A stretch of 64,000 nt of DNA, taken from the NCBI GenBank assembly GCA_965222075.1, contig OZ244937.1, forward strand, positions 2,688,001 through 2,752,000. The letters run 5' to 3'. The DNA comes from Candidatus Latescibacterota bacterium (GTDB taxonomy: Bacteria > Latescibacterota > UBA2968 > GCA-2709665). The notes under the pieces were generated by a model. The model was not told where the DNA came from and ran no database searches. It was given only the letters and a program-made list of their open reading frames with translations. Below, in pieces: positions 19,314-28,867 of this stretch. Position numbers and translations under genes: made by a program. Numbering within the stretch: the first letter of the stretch is position 1; every line of letters starts with the position of its first letter.

Positions 19314-20030
19314 TCACCCTTCCCCCTCACCTTCCCGTTCTACTGCCTCCTCCTGCCACAGGGCTTCCTTCTGGTGCCGCACGATCCGTCCCTGCACCAG
19401 GTAGACCACGTTCTCCGAAATATTCGACGCATGGTCGCCCATCCGCTCCAGGTGTCTGGAGACCAGGATCAGGTGAATCGCCCGGTCGATCACATCCTGT
19501 TCCAACTTTCCATGCAAATAGGTCAGCAGCTCGCGAAAGATCTGATCCCTCAGCCCATCGACAATGTCGTCCCGCCGGCGCACATCGTTGGCAAGCGCCA
19601 CATTTTGGTTCACAAACGCATCCAGAGCATCCTTCACCATCCCCTGCGCCAGCTCCGCCATTCGGGGAATATCGATCAGCGGCTTCAGCAGCGGCATCCG
19701 GTTTAATACCAGCGCCCTTTCGACAATATTCACCGCCTGATCGTTGATCCGCTCTAAGTCATAGTTGATCTTCATCACCGTTGCAATCAGGCGCAGGTCG
19801 CTGGCAACGGGATGCTGCACGGCCAGCAGCTTGAGGCACTCCTCCTCGATCTGGACCTCCCAATCGTCGATCCGGTCCCCCCCCTTCAGCACCTCCTCCG
19901 CCAGGTCGTTATCCCGGTCCACCAGGAAGCGCACCGCCTGGGCAATCGAATCCTCCACGGCCCCCCCCATCTTCAGCAACTCACCCTTCAGATGCTCTAA
20001 GTGCTGATCCAGTGTACGCTCCATGGCCAC
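19314..20030 (-). CDS. phoU: Phosphate signalling complex protein PhoU
   Basis: PVASDLR, DLERINDQAVNI, LERMGDHASNISENV; last gene of the pst operon. Confidence 0.95.
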   Translation of the reverse strand: MAMERTLDQHLEHLKGELLKMGGAVEDSIAQAVRFLVDRDNDLAEEVLKGGDRIDDWEVQIEEECLKLLAVQHPVASDLRLIATVMKINYDLERINDQAVNIVERALVLNRMPLLKPLIDIPRMAELAQGMVKDALDAFVNQNVALANDVRRRDDIVDGLRDQIFRELLTYLHGKLEQDVIDRAIHLILVSRHLERMGDHASNISENVVYLVQGRIVRHQKEALWQEEAVEREGEGEG

Positions 20031-20101
20031 TCCCTGGAATTTCGGATTGCGGATTTCAGAATGCGGATTGAAGCGCTTTCATTCCCCAATCCCCTATGGT
20101 C

Positions 20102-20923
20102 TTACCCGAACCGTCCGGTCACATAATCTTCGGTCTGCTTCAACCTGGGGTTGGTAAATATCTCCTCCGTCCAGGCGTACTCGACGAGCCGCCCCAGGTA
20201 GAAAAATGCCGTAAGATCGGATACCCGCGACGCCTGCTGAAGGTTGTGTGTCACAATCACAATCGTATACTGTTTTTTCAGTTCCTCAATCGTCTCTTCA
20301 ATCCGCCCCGTTGCGATCGGATCCAGTGCCGAACAGGGCTCATCCATCAATATCACCGACGGCTCCACCGCTATCGCCCGCGCAATGCACAGCCGCTGCT
20401 GCTGCCCGCCCGACAGACCCAGTGCGCCCTCATCCAGCCTCTCCTTTACCTCGTCCCACAGCGCCGCCGCGCGCAAGCTCCGCTCGGCCGATTCGTCCAG
20501 CACAGACCGCCGGTTCTCCCCGGCGATCCGAAGCCCATAAATCACGTTTTCATAGATCGACTTCGGAAACGGGTTCGACTTCTGGAACACCATCCCAACC
20601 CGGCGCCGGAGGGAAATCACATCGTAGTCCGACCCGTAAATGTCCTCCCCGGCAATCCTCACCATGCCCTCAATCCGAACCGAATCGATCAGATCGTTCA
20701 GCCGGTTCATGCACCGCAGCAGGGTCGATTTCCCGCATCCCGACGGCCCGATAAGCGCCGTCACCCGGTACTCGGGTACCTGCAGGTCGATATCAAACAG
20801 CGCCTGGGTCTCTCCATAGTGCAGGTTCAGGCCTTCCACCTCCACAATCGGTCGCTCCACAACGGGCGCATCCACCTGAACCTGATCGTCGTCTGTCCTC
20901 TCCACCTGCGCAGCCATCGCCAT
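20102..20923 (-). CDS. pstB: Phosphate ABC transporter ATP-binding protein
   Basis: [54 protein letters not shown]; AAGGAG before ATG 20923. Confidence 0.95.
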   Translation of the reverse strand: MAMAAQVERTDDDQVQVDAPVVERPIVEVEGLNLHYGETQALFDIDLQVPEYRVTALIGPSGCGKSTLLRCMNRLNDLIDSVRIEGMVRIAGEDIYGSDYDVISLRRRVGMVFQKSNPFPKSIYENVIYGLRIAGENRRSVLDESAERSLRAAALWDEVKERLDEGALGLSGGQQQRLCIARAIAVEPSVILMDEPCSALDPIATGRIEETIEELKKQYTIVIVTHNLQQASRVSDLTAFFYLGRLVEYAWTEEIFTNPRLKQTEDYVTGRFG

Positions 20924-20943
20924 TGTGCTCCTTAGAAGCTGAT

Positions 20944-22557
20944 TTAAAACCCGACCTTTGCAAACCGCTTCCGTAAACGGCCGCGGACCAGGATCGCAGT
21001 CAGATTCAGGGCCAGAACAATAGCCACCAGCAGCAGCGTGGTCGTATAGACCATCGGCCGGGCCGCCTCCACGTTGGGCGACTGGAACCCCACATCGTAG
21101 ATGTGAAACCCTAAGTGCATAAACTTCCGGTCTAAGTGGAAAAACGGCCAGTGCCCGTCCAGCGGCAGCGACGGCGCCAGCTTGACCACCCCCGTAATCA
21201 TCAGTGGGGCCACCTCTCCCGCCCCGCGCGCGATCACCAGGATCATCCCCGTCAAAATGCCCGGTAGCGCGCCGGGTAGCAGCACACGCCAGATTGTCTG
21301 AAACTTCGTCGCCCCAAGCGCCAGCGACCCCTCCCGCACCTCGCCGGGCACGGCCGCCAGCGCCTCCTCTGCGGCCACAATCATCACCGGCACCGTCAAA
21401 AGCGCCAGGGTCAGCGACGCCCAGAAGATCCCCCCTGTGCCGAACGTCGGCGTCGGCAGCGCCTCCGGATAGAACAGCTGGTCGATGCTCCCCCCCACCC
21501 CGTATACGAAGAAACCGAGCCCGAACATCCCAAACACAATCGAAGGCACCCCTGCCAGATTGTTCACTGCAATCCGGACCACCCGCACCAGCGGCCCCTG
21601 CCTGGCGTACTCCCGCAGGTAAAGCGCCGCCAGTACCCCGAAGGGCACAGCCGCTAAGCTCATCAGAAACACCATCATCACCGTCCCGAAGATCGCCGGG
21701 AAAACTCCGCCCTCCGTGTTCGACTCCCTCGGCTCGTCCGCCAAGAACTCCCACACCCGGGAGAAGTAGACCTTCAGCTTCCCTGTCGTGCCCAGCCGGT
21801 TGGGACGGTAGGCCCGGACGATATCGGCCACGGCCACCCGCCGCACCTCCCCTCCGGCCAGGGCGACCTCCACCTGGTAGGTCTCACCCTCTGCACGCAG
21901 CCGGGACAGCTTCTGGGCCAGGCGCTCGTAGCGTGTCCAGTACTGCCGGTTCTCTTCGTCTAAGCGTTCGATCTCCGCCTCTCCGCGCCCGGCCAGTTCC
22001 AGCCTGCGCTTCTCCAACCGGAGTTGCTCGATCCGGCGGTTCAGGTTTCCGATGGCGTCCTCCTCGATCTCCCGGATCTGCGCCCGGATCCGTCCGGTCA
22101 CCCGCAGCCCCCCCTGCATGGCGGCCCACCCGACTTCAGGCCCCTCGGCCAGGATCTGCTCACCCTCGTACACCCCCCGGAGAAACCCGAACATCTGGCC
22201 CCATTCGCGCCGTTCAAAGATCACCGCATTGCGCGGGGTTTCACGCGCTTCAATCCGGTCCTCGTCGATCCACCGGAAATCGTCCCCGTACACATCCCGG
22301 TTGCCCACCTTGACCTGCGTTCGATATTCGGCCTGAGCCTTCCCGTCCTGCGTCGGGATCTCCTGCCGGTCCCACACCTGGCCCATCATAGCCGTTCCGT
22401 CCGCCAGGCCGAAGGCCACCAGATTGCCCGGCCAGAAAAACCCGAGCCCGTTGTAGACCACCACCCCCACCAAGCCCGCGACCATCAACAGACAGAAGGC
22501 AAGCGCCCCGCCGGTAAGCCAGATAAACGGCTCACCCGATCTCCAGAACCTGTTCAT
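20944..22557 (-). CDS. pstA: Phosphate ABC transporter permease PstA (long form)
   Basis: [38 protein letters not shown]; large periplasmic insert. Confidence 0.93.
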   Translation of the reverse strand: MNRFWRSGEPFIWLTGGALAFCLLMVAGLVGVVVYNGLGFFWPGNLVAFGLADGTAMMGQVWDRQEIPTQDGKAQAEYRTQVKVGNRDVYGDDFRWIDEDRIEARETPRNAVIFERREWGQMFGFLRGVYEGEQILAEGPEVGWAAMQGGLRVTGRIRAQIREIEEDAIGNLNRRIEQLRLEKRRLELAGRGEAEIERLDEENRQYWTRYERLAQKLSRLRAEGETYQVEVALAGGEVRRVAVADIVRAYRPNRLGTTGKLKVYFSRVWEFLADEPRESNTEGGVFPAIFGTVMMVFLMSLAAVPFGVLAALYLREYARQGPLVRVVRIAVNNLAGVPSIVFGMFGLGFFVYGVGGSIDQLFYPEALPTPTFGTGGIFWASLTLALLTVPVMIVAAEEALAAVPGEVREGSLALGATKFQTIWRVLLPGALPGILTGMILVIARGAGEVAPLMITGVVKLAPSLPLDGHWPFFHLDRKFMHLGFHIYDVGFQSPNVEAARPMVYTTTLLLVAIVLALNLTAILVRGRLRKRFAKVGF

Positions 22558-24824
22558 ATCCGACTGTACCTCTCCCGCAGCCGCTGCCGAACAATCTCGG
22601 CCGCGGTATTCACCAGAAACGTCACACCCGCCAGCAGCAGGCCGGTCAAAAACAGCACCCGGTAGAGCGTGCCCTCGTGGGGAGCCTCTGGAATCTCCAC
22701 TGCAATATTTGCCGACAGCGTACGCATCCCGTTGAAGATGCTCCAGTCCATAATCGGGGTATTCCCCGTCGCCATCAGCACAATCATCGTCTCCCCCACC
22801 GCCCGTCCAAAGCCGATCATCGCCGCTGAAAAGATCCCGGGGCTGGCCGTGGGCAGCACCACCCGCAGCGCCGTCTGCCAGGGCGTGGCCCCCAGCGCAA
22901 GCGACCCGCCCCGCAGGTGGGACGGCACGCTTGAAAGCGCATCCTCGCAGATCGTATAGATAATCGGCACCACCGCGAACCCCATCGCAAACCCCACCAC
23001 CAAGCAGTTGCGCTGATCGTAGCGGGTGTCCGACGTCTGCATCAGCCAGCGCTGGAAATTTCCGCCGAAAAGGGCGCGCTCCACCTCCGGTCCCAGCACA
23101 AAGGCGAGCCAGGCCGCCAGCGCCGTCACCGGCACCAGGAGATAGATCTCCCCCTGGTCGGGCAGCCAGCGCACGGCCCGCCTGGGAAGCCGTTTAAAGA
23201 CCCAGGCGGCCAGCACCACCACCGCCGGCACGGCCGGAAACAGGAGCAGCGCGCCCACGGCCCCCCGTTCCAGGAGGGGAGCCATCCAGAGCCCGGCCAA
23301 GAACCCTAAGATCACACTGGGCAGCGAAGCCATCAACTCCACCGTCGGCTTTACCGCGTTCCGGATCTCCGGACGAGCGAACTCCGACGTGTAGATAGCG
23401 GCCAGAACCGCTAAAGGCAGAGCGAACAGCATCGCATAAAACGTCCCCTTGGCCGTACCGAAGGCCAGCGGAACGATGCCCAGCTTCGGCTCGAATTCGT
23501 CCGTCCCGCCCGTGGACTGCCACACGTGCGCCGGTCCTTCATACCCCTCGTACCAGACCTCGCCGAAGAGCGTCTTCAGCGTCACCTCCGGGTGCGGATT
23601 GTGCAGGCGGTAGTGCACCAGCCGCCCGCCTCCGTCTAATCCCAAAAACCCGTCGGCCTTGGGGGCAAAGACCACTGCCGAAATTCCGGCCCCGCCCGCA
23701 GACATCCGGAAGAAGGTCTGTTCCGAAGTCATGTGGTGCAGCGCCAGGTTCCCCTCCGTATCCCCCGTCAAAAACTGTTTGTCCCGCTCGGACGGGGCGA
23801 TCGCCGTCACCGCCCCCTGGTGGGGCTCAAACGCGTGGATCTTTTGATATCCCTGAAAACCGGGACGCCCCGACTGCCGCACCGGAAACCAGGTGCTCAC
23901 CCGCCCCGCCCCATCTCCCACCGCCACCGACACATCCCCCAAGAGGAACTCAAGCGCCGTAATCGCCTGCCCTTCCTCAGCCGCCTGGAAGCGCTGCGTC
24001 CGCTGTGGACGCGTTGGGGGGTCGGAAACATCAAAGCGGAAGATCTCACCCCGGTCCGTCCCTGCCAGCACAGTCTGCCCGCGCCCGTCGGTCAACACCG
24101 CTGTCGGACGTCCCGCGATATCTTCCGTCAGATCGTATACAAACACCTCCCGTCTGCCGCCTCCCAGCAGCCCCCGCTTCTGCACAACCGCCGCGGTCAC
24201 CAGCCGCCCCGAAGCCGTGACCCCAACCACCGTCGCCCGCCTCGCCCCGTCGTTCCGGTAAGCCACCCTCACAACCGCCTCGCCCCCACCGTCCAGCCGG
24301 ACCTCCCCCTCAACGGACAGCTCCGGCGTCACGATTCGCTCGCCTCCCGTGTAGCCTACCGAAAAGGTCACCCGAGCCGCAACCACGCTCCCCTCGTCGG
24401 TTCCCAGCCCCAGGTACCCGTCCACAGGAGACCGGTAGACCGAAACGATCCGGCGTCCGGCAAGCGCCTCGGGCCGTTCCTGCCGGAGCACCGCCCCGCT
24501 TGCCAGATCGACAAAATCGATCCCCTCCGCACGCACCACGTAGCCCACCTCCCGATAGGGACCGGCGCCCACGGCCAGGGCCTGCCCGCCGCCGGAGGCG
24601 TCCCACGTCCCGACCGCTTCGGCCTCCGGACTCAGGAAAAGCGGATAGGCCTCCCGCAGCACAAACACAAAAATTCCCAGCACCACCGCAATCACCCCGA
24701 TCCCGCCCACCGCAATCACCCACCGCCCTACCCGGTCCATCAGCCGTGCGGTCGGCGTGATCCCCGGCAGCGACCGAATCTCTGCATTCAGATCGGTCTT
24801 CTCTTCAACGTCGGGATGTGCCAT
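22554..24824 (-). CDS. pstC: Phosphate ABC transporter permease PstC with periplasmic beta-propeller
   Basis: [38 protein letters not shown]; WD40-like repeats in the N-terminal half. Confidence 0.9.
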   Translation of the reverse strand: MAHPDVEEKTDLNAEIRSLPGITPTARLMDRVGRWVIAVGGIGVIAVVLGIFVFVLREAYPLFLSPEAEAVGTWDASGGGQALAVGAGPYREVGYVVRAEGIDFVDLASGAVLRQERPEALAGRRIVSVYRSPVDGYLGLGTDEGSVVAARVTFSVGYTGGERIVTPELSVEGEVRLDGGGEAVVRVAYRNDGARRATVVGVTASGRLVTAAVVQKRGLLGGGRREVFVYDLTEDIAGRPTAVLTDGRGQTVLAGTDRGEIFRFDVSDPPTRPQRTQRFQAAEEGQAITALEFLLGDVSVAVGDGAGRVSTWFPVRQSGRPGFQGYQKIHAFEPHQGAVTAIAPSERDKQFLTGDTEGNLALHHMTSEQTFFRMSAGGAGISAVVFAPKADGFLGLDGGGRLVHYRLHNPHPEVTLKTLFGEVWYEGYEGPAHVWQSTGGTDEFEPKLGIVPLAFGTAKGTFYAMLFALPLAVLAAIYTSEFARPEIRNAVKPTVELMASLPSVILGFLAGLWMAPLLERGAVGALLLFPAVPAVVVLAAWVFKRLPRRAVRWLPDQGEIYLLVPVTALAAWLAFVLGPEVERALFGGNFQRWLMQTSDTRYDQRNCLVVGFAMGFAVVPIIYTICEDALSSVPSHLRGGSLALGATPWQTALRVVLPTASPGIFSAAMIGFGRAVGETMIVLMATGNTPIMDWSIFNGMRTLSANIAVEIPEAPHEGTLYRVLFLTGLLLAGVTFLVNTAAEIVRQRLRERYSRI

Positions 24825-24869
24825 GTGACCATCCTGAAAAACAGCCGGGGGCTACCCGGCGGATCGTCC

Positions 24870-25841
24870 CTACTCGATTTTCGCCAGCTCCTCTTTTACC
24901 ACTTCGTACGGCACCGGCATATACCCATCCTTGATCACGACCTCCTGCCCCTCTTTGGAAAAGATAAACCGGCAGAACTCCCGCACCATCGGATCCAGCG
25001 GCTTTTCCGGCGCCTTGTTGATGTAGATATAGAGGAATCGTCCCAGCGGATAGGAACCGTCCAGCACGTTCTCCATTGTACCCTCACGGTAGGGCTGACC
25101 TTTCTCCCCCGCCAGAGGCAACACGCGCACCCCCGAGGTCTTGTACCCAATGCCGCTGTACCCGATGCCGTACCGGTCTTCCGTGATGCCCTGAACCACC
25201 GACGCCGATCCCGGCTGCTCCTTCACCTCATCCTTGTAGTCTCCCTTAAACAGGGCGTTCTTCTTGAAAAACCCGTACGTGCCGGACGCCGAATTCCGCC
25301 CATACAGACTGATAGAGGCCAGCTTCCACTCCCCCCCCAGCCCCAGGCCACCCCACCGGGTGATATCTTCCGGATACCCACCCCTTCGGGTCTTGGAAAA
25401 GATCGCGTCCACCTGGGGTAGCAACAGCCCTTCGATCGGGTTGTCCTTATTCACGAACACTGCCAGAGCGTCCAGCGATGTCCTCAGAGTCGTGGGGGTG
25501 TACCCGAACCGCTTCTCGAACTTATCGCTCTCCGTCGCCTTCATCGAGCGCGACATCGGACCGAACTGCGCCGTCCCTTCAATCAACGCCGGGGGCACCG
25601 TGCTCGACCCCTTCCCCTCAATCTGGATCCGCACGCTCGGATAGTACTTCCGAAACCTCTCCAGCCAGAGCGCCATCAGGTTGTTCATCGTATCCGACCC
25701 GATGCTGCTGGCGCTTCCCGAAATCCCGCTCACCTTCTGATACAGTGGAATCCGAGAGTCCACCTTCAACGTCTGCCCCAGGGCCGTTCCGTCGACCATC
25801 ATACCCAGGACCGCCAGGACAATTGCAACACCCCTTGCCAT
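24870..25841 (-). CDS. pstS: Phosphate ABC transporter substrate-binding protein
   Basis: Signal peptide; GSDTM, EGKGSS, GRNSASGTY, YPLGRFLYIY. Confidence 0.93.
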   Translation of the reverse strand: MARGVAIVLAVLGMMVDGTALGQTLKVDSRIPLYQKVSGISGSASSIGSDTMNNLMALWLERFRKYYPSVRIQIEGKGSSTVPPALIEGTAQFGPMSRSMKATESDKFEKRFGYTPTTLRTSLDALAVFVNKDNPIEGLLLPQVDAIFSKTRRGGYPEDITRWGGLGLGGEWKLASISLYGRNSASGTYGFFKKNALFKGDYKDEVKEQPGSASVVQGITEDRYGIGYSGIGYKTSGVRVLPLAGEKGQPYREGTMENVLDGSYPLGRFLYIYINKAPEKPLDPMVREFCRFIFSKEGQEVVIKDGYMPVPYEVVKEELAKIE

Positions 25842-25855
25842 CAGATCTCCCCCCT

Positions 25856-25938
25856 GAAAAGAGCCTCCGTTGACAGAACGCCCGTGGGCGTTTCTTATCA
25901 TACGTTCCTTTCCGTTTTCTTCAACATAATCCGATAAG
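25856..25938. repeat. Copy 1 of an ~80 bp duplicated pstS upstream segment
   Basis: Near-identical to 26923-27000 (GAAAAGAGCCTCCGTTGACAGAACGCCCGTGGGC...CTTCAACATAATCCGATAAG). Confidence 0.9.
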
Positions 25939-26082
25939 CAATGGTGTGAACACCTTTGCTTATCGGGGCCGAAATCTGGTCCTGTGGAATTTGTAGGGAT
26001 TTGTTTCGATAACTTGCAAATCCCAAATCCAATTTGCATAACTATAAGTTTTTAAAGATTTAAAAACCTGTTCACGTTATTG
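25939..26082. mobile_element. MITE with IS4-like CAAT ends
   Basis: CAATGGTGTGAACA ... TGTTCACGTTATTG; same end motif as 26465-26478; no clear target duplication. Confidence 0.55.
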
Positions 26083-26422
26083 ATAGTGGCAATTTCCTCC
26101 CGATACAAGAATCGTTAACGCTGCTGGTATGATGGGAAAAGCTCGAGAAGTCTCGTCGGTCAACTCTGTCATCATCAACTCTTGCCGACTATTGCTTTTT
26201 TCACGCTTTTGTCCTGTGTAAAGTTTCAAAAAAAACTGGCTGCTCCATAACTCTTTATATTATAGAAACTTAAATTTTTGAGCGAAAACGCGAGCAATCA
26301 GTCGCCTATGGTGCGGATGATGCGTCCCTGCTGGTCAACCACGTAAATCGGCTCCCGCCTGAGACCGACGCCGCACAACAGCTTCGGCTACGCCGGAGTG
26401 GACGGCGCCAGACGCCCCATCA

Positions 26423-26464
26423 GGCGCCCTTCTTTTTTGGCCTTTTTCTTGGGCGAGCAAGAAA
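26423..26464 (-). repeat. Partial inverted copy of the long palindromic repeat at 40696 and 62101
   Basis: GGCGCCCTTCTTTTTTGGCCTTTTTCTTGGGCGAGCAAGAAA. Confidence 0.75.
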
Positions 26465-26558
26465 CAATAGTGTGAACAATTTTAGGCAGCAATTTTGCCA
26501 TATTCTCTGAGCATTTGGTATTCGGGTCGTTTTTTTATCCAAGTTGGGTCCAAACCGA

Positions 26559-26585
26559 CTTGCCTGCGCGCAGCGCGCAAGCAGG
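26559..26585. repeat. Micro-palindrome copy 3 (27 bp, in-frame in transposase remnant)
   Basis: CTTGCCTGCGCGCAGCGCGCAAGCAGG; removal gives IIRIFGLDP. Confidence 0.75.
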
Positions 26586-26772
26586 AGATGCGAATAATTC
26601 GATCCAGGTAATGTTGATTGAAATAGAGTGCTTTAACACTGGCCATTGAACAGATGACCGATTGGTCGTTTTCCTGGGTCAGTGTAAGTTCAGCTTTGGC
26701 CAGATTCAGTGTGGTCAAAGACGCGTTGAAGTGAAAGTCCAACCGTTTTTGGTCTCGTGCCTGGCAGTCACA

Positions 26773-26799
26773 CCTGCCTGTGCGGTGCACGCAGACAGG
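26773..26799. repeat. Micro-palindrome copy 4 (27 bp, in-frame in transposase remnant)
   Basis: CCTGCCTGTGCGGTGCACGCAGACAGG encodes PVCVHRTGR; removal gives FTGLCDCQAR. Confidence 0.85.
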
Positions 26800-26922
26800 T
26801 AAGCCGGTAAACTGTTTGGCATCGCGGAAGAGGAACTCGATTTGGAACCTGAGTTTGTAATAAGCAGTCACGCATGAGTTTTTTCGTATAATGGGGCTTC
26901 GGAAATCGTATATTAGAGAGCC

Positions 26923-27000
26923 GAAAAGAGCCTCCGTTGACAGAACGCCCGTGGGCATTTCATACGTTCTTTTCCGTTTTCTTCAACATAATCCGATAAG
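26923..27000. repeat. Copy 2 of the duplicated pstS upstream segment
   Basis: Matches 25856-25938 and abuts the Pho box. Confidence 0.9.
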
Positions 27001-27018
27001 GTTACAATTGTGTGACAA
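27001..27018 (-). promoter_or_regulatory. Pho box (PhoB binding site)
   Basis: Reverse strand TTGTCAC-ACAA-TTGTAAC, an 11 bp-period direct repeat; lies between pstS and ppx, with phoBR nearby. Confidence 0.7.
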
Positions 27019-27143
27019 AACCCAAAAAATCCGACAAGATCAAAACTTGTAGTAGACCGTCACCCTCGGAATCACCTCTGCATCCACCCCTGAAGCGATG
27101 ATGAGGCATTTGATCAGGAAAAAAAAGAGAGAAAGGGAATCGA

Positions 27144-28724
27144 ATGGCACCCTCGCCGGCGCCCTCCGACGCCCAAATCGTCGCCTTCATCGACATGGGC
27201 ACCAACTCCATCCGTCTCCTGCTGGTGCGGATCAATCCGAACCACTCCTATACCGTTCTCACACAGCTTAAACAGACGGTGCGGCTTGGCGAGGGTGAGT
27301 TCGCAGAACACGTGCTCCAGCCAGAAGCGATGGACCGCGCCGTGCTGGTCGTCCAGAAATTTTCCAACCTGGCGCGGTCCTACGGCGCGGATGAGATCGT
27401 TGCTGCGGCAACCGCCGCTACTCGCGAAGCGGAAAACCAGGACGAATTTGTGGACCGTCTGTGGCGGGAGGCCCGGATCGACATGCGTGTGGTATCGGGG
27501 CTGGAAGAGGCCCGTCTCATCTACCTCGGCGTCTCCAGCGGCGTGCACTTAGAGGATCAGCAGGCGCTGTTGATCGACATCGGCGGCGGCAGCACCGAGA
27601 TCATCGTCGGCTCCCAGCAGCAACACCACTACCTCGACTCCCTCAAACTGGGCGCCATCCGACTGACCCTGCTCTTCCTTCCCGATGAACAGGGCCCTGT
27701 CGCGCCTTCCCAGTACGAACTGATCCAGCGCTATGTGCGCCACTACGCGGTGGCCTCCGTCCGCCAGGCGTCCAAACATCGAATCGACCTGGGCATCGGG
27801 AGCTCCGGCACCGTCGAAAACCTTGCGAACGTTACAATGCGCATGGTCTGCAAACGGCGCCTGCAGCGAGGCGATGTCCTGTCGCACACGCACCTCAAGC
27901 AGGCCGTAGAAATGCTCTGTTCGCTCCCGCTTGAAGCGCGGCGAAAGGTCCCGGGCCTCAACCCGGAGCGTGCGGACATCATCGTTCCGGGCGCGGCGAT
28001 TCTGGATACGCTTATGGACGAACTGAAGCTGCCCGAAATCCGGATCACCGACCGGGGGCTTCGCGACGGCCTGCTTGTCGACTATCTCTTAAAAAAGGGT
28101 CACGCACCCCTGCTGGCAGACGTGTCCGTCCGCGAGCGGAGCATCCTGCAATTGGGGCGCACCTGCAACTTCGACGAGGCCCACGGCCGAACCGCCGCCC
28201 ACCTGGCGCTGGAGTTGTTTGACAGCGCCCGTGGTGTCAAGCTGCACAGCCTCGGCAGTTGGGAACGCGAACTCCTGAAATATGCGGCGCTTCTGCACGA
28301 CATCGGCGGGTTCCTCACCTATAGCAACCACCAGGCGCACACCTACTACCTCATCCGAAACGCCGACCTGCTCGGCTTTGACCAGACGGAGGTCTCCATT
28401 GTTGCGTCAACCGCCTTCTACCACCGCAAGGCGCTCCCGCGCAAGAAGCACCCCGAGTTCGCCGCCCTGGACAAACGGTCGCGAAAGATCGTGCTGGTGT
28501 TGTGTGTCCTGCTGCGCATCGCGGAAAACCTTGACCGCAGCCACGCCGGCCTGGTGCACCATGCGCGCCTGTGCGCTGCCGATCAAAAGCAGGTCACCTT
28601 ACAAATCGACACCGGACACGACTGCCAGGTTGAAATATGGGGCATCCAGAACCACCTGGACGCCTTCGAGAAGGTATTTGGACGGAAGCTGAAGATCGAG
28701 GTGGCAGAACCGGAGGATTCTTGA
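27144..28724 (+). CDS. ppx: Exopolyphosphatase Ppx/GppA with C-terminal HD domain
   Basis: IDMGTNSIRL, ATAATREAEN, DIGGGSTE, GLRDG, ALLHDIG. Confidence 0.93.
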   Translation: MAPSPAPSDAQIVAFIDMGTNSIRLLLVRINPNHSYTVLTQLKQTVRLGEGEFAEHVLQPEAMDRAVLVVQKFSNLARSYGADEIVAAATAATREAENQDEFVDRLWREARIDMRVVSGLEEARLIYLGVSSGVHLEDQQALLIDIGGGSTEIIVGSQQQHHYLDSLKLGAIRLTLLFLPDEQGPVAPSQYELIQRYVRHYAVASVRQASKHRIDLGIGSSGTVENLANVTMRMVCKRRLQRGDVLSHTHLKQAVEMLCSLPLEARRKVPGLNPERADIIVPGAAILDTLMDELKLPEIRITDRGLRDGLLVDYLLKKGHAPLLADVSVRERSILQLGRTCNFDEAHGRTAAHLALELFDSARGVKLHSLGSWERELLKYAALLHDIGGFLTYSNHQAHTYYLIRNADLLGFDQTEVSIVASTAFYHRKALPRKKHPEFAALDKRSRKIVLVLCVLLRIAENLDRSHAGLVHHARLCAADQKQVTLQIDTGHDCQVEIWGIQNHLDAFEKVFGRKLKIEVAEPEDS

Positions 28725-28867
28725 ACCGCAGAGGGGGATCAATTGAAAACTGAAGCCTGTAAAACCCTGCACACGCTTTTGAATTGACTTACCCCCCTTT
28801 CCACCTTATCTTTCAAATTCGTATCGCGTGTCGAAAAGAAATCTCCCTCATTCAAACGGAGTCACCG

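Larger units (their letters stand above)
26465..26870 (-). mobile_element. IS4-superfamily transposase C-terminal remnant with right inverted repeat
   Basis: YKLRFQIEFLFRDAKQFTGL..CDCQAR...LDFHFNASL (YREK-like motif); stop at 26482; IR CAATAGTGTGAACA; carries two 27 bp palindrome inserts. Confidence 0.8.

Noticed and set aside
13411-20070. Short 6-7 bp tandem repeats at gene junctions (13411, 17545, 18556, 20041)
   Set aside because: Only 2-4 degenerate units each; a common intergenic feature with no supportable function here.
20924-21754. Long N-terminal extension of PstB
   Set aside because: Alternate-frame overlap with pstA; there is a good Shine-Dalgarno and start at 20923.
22554-24824. 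Beta-propeller-containing PstC as a novelty
   Set aside because: Long PstC/PstA variants are already known, for example in Pseudomonas- and Vibrio-type pst operons.
23733-25421. Long antisense and alternate-frame ORFs (also 21204-22313, 36697-37875, 59446-60678)
   Set aside because: Shadow ORFs of high-GC genes, with Pro/Arg-rich composition and no motifs.
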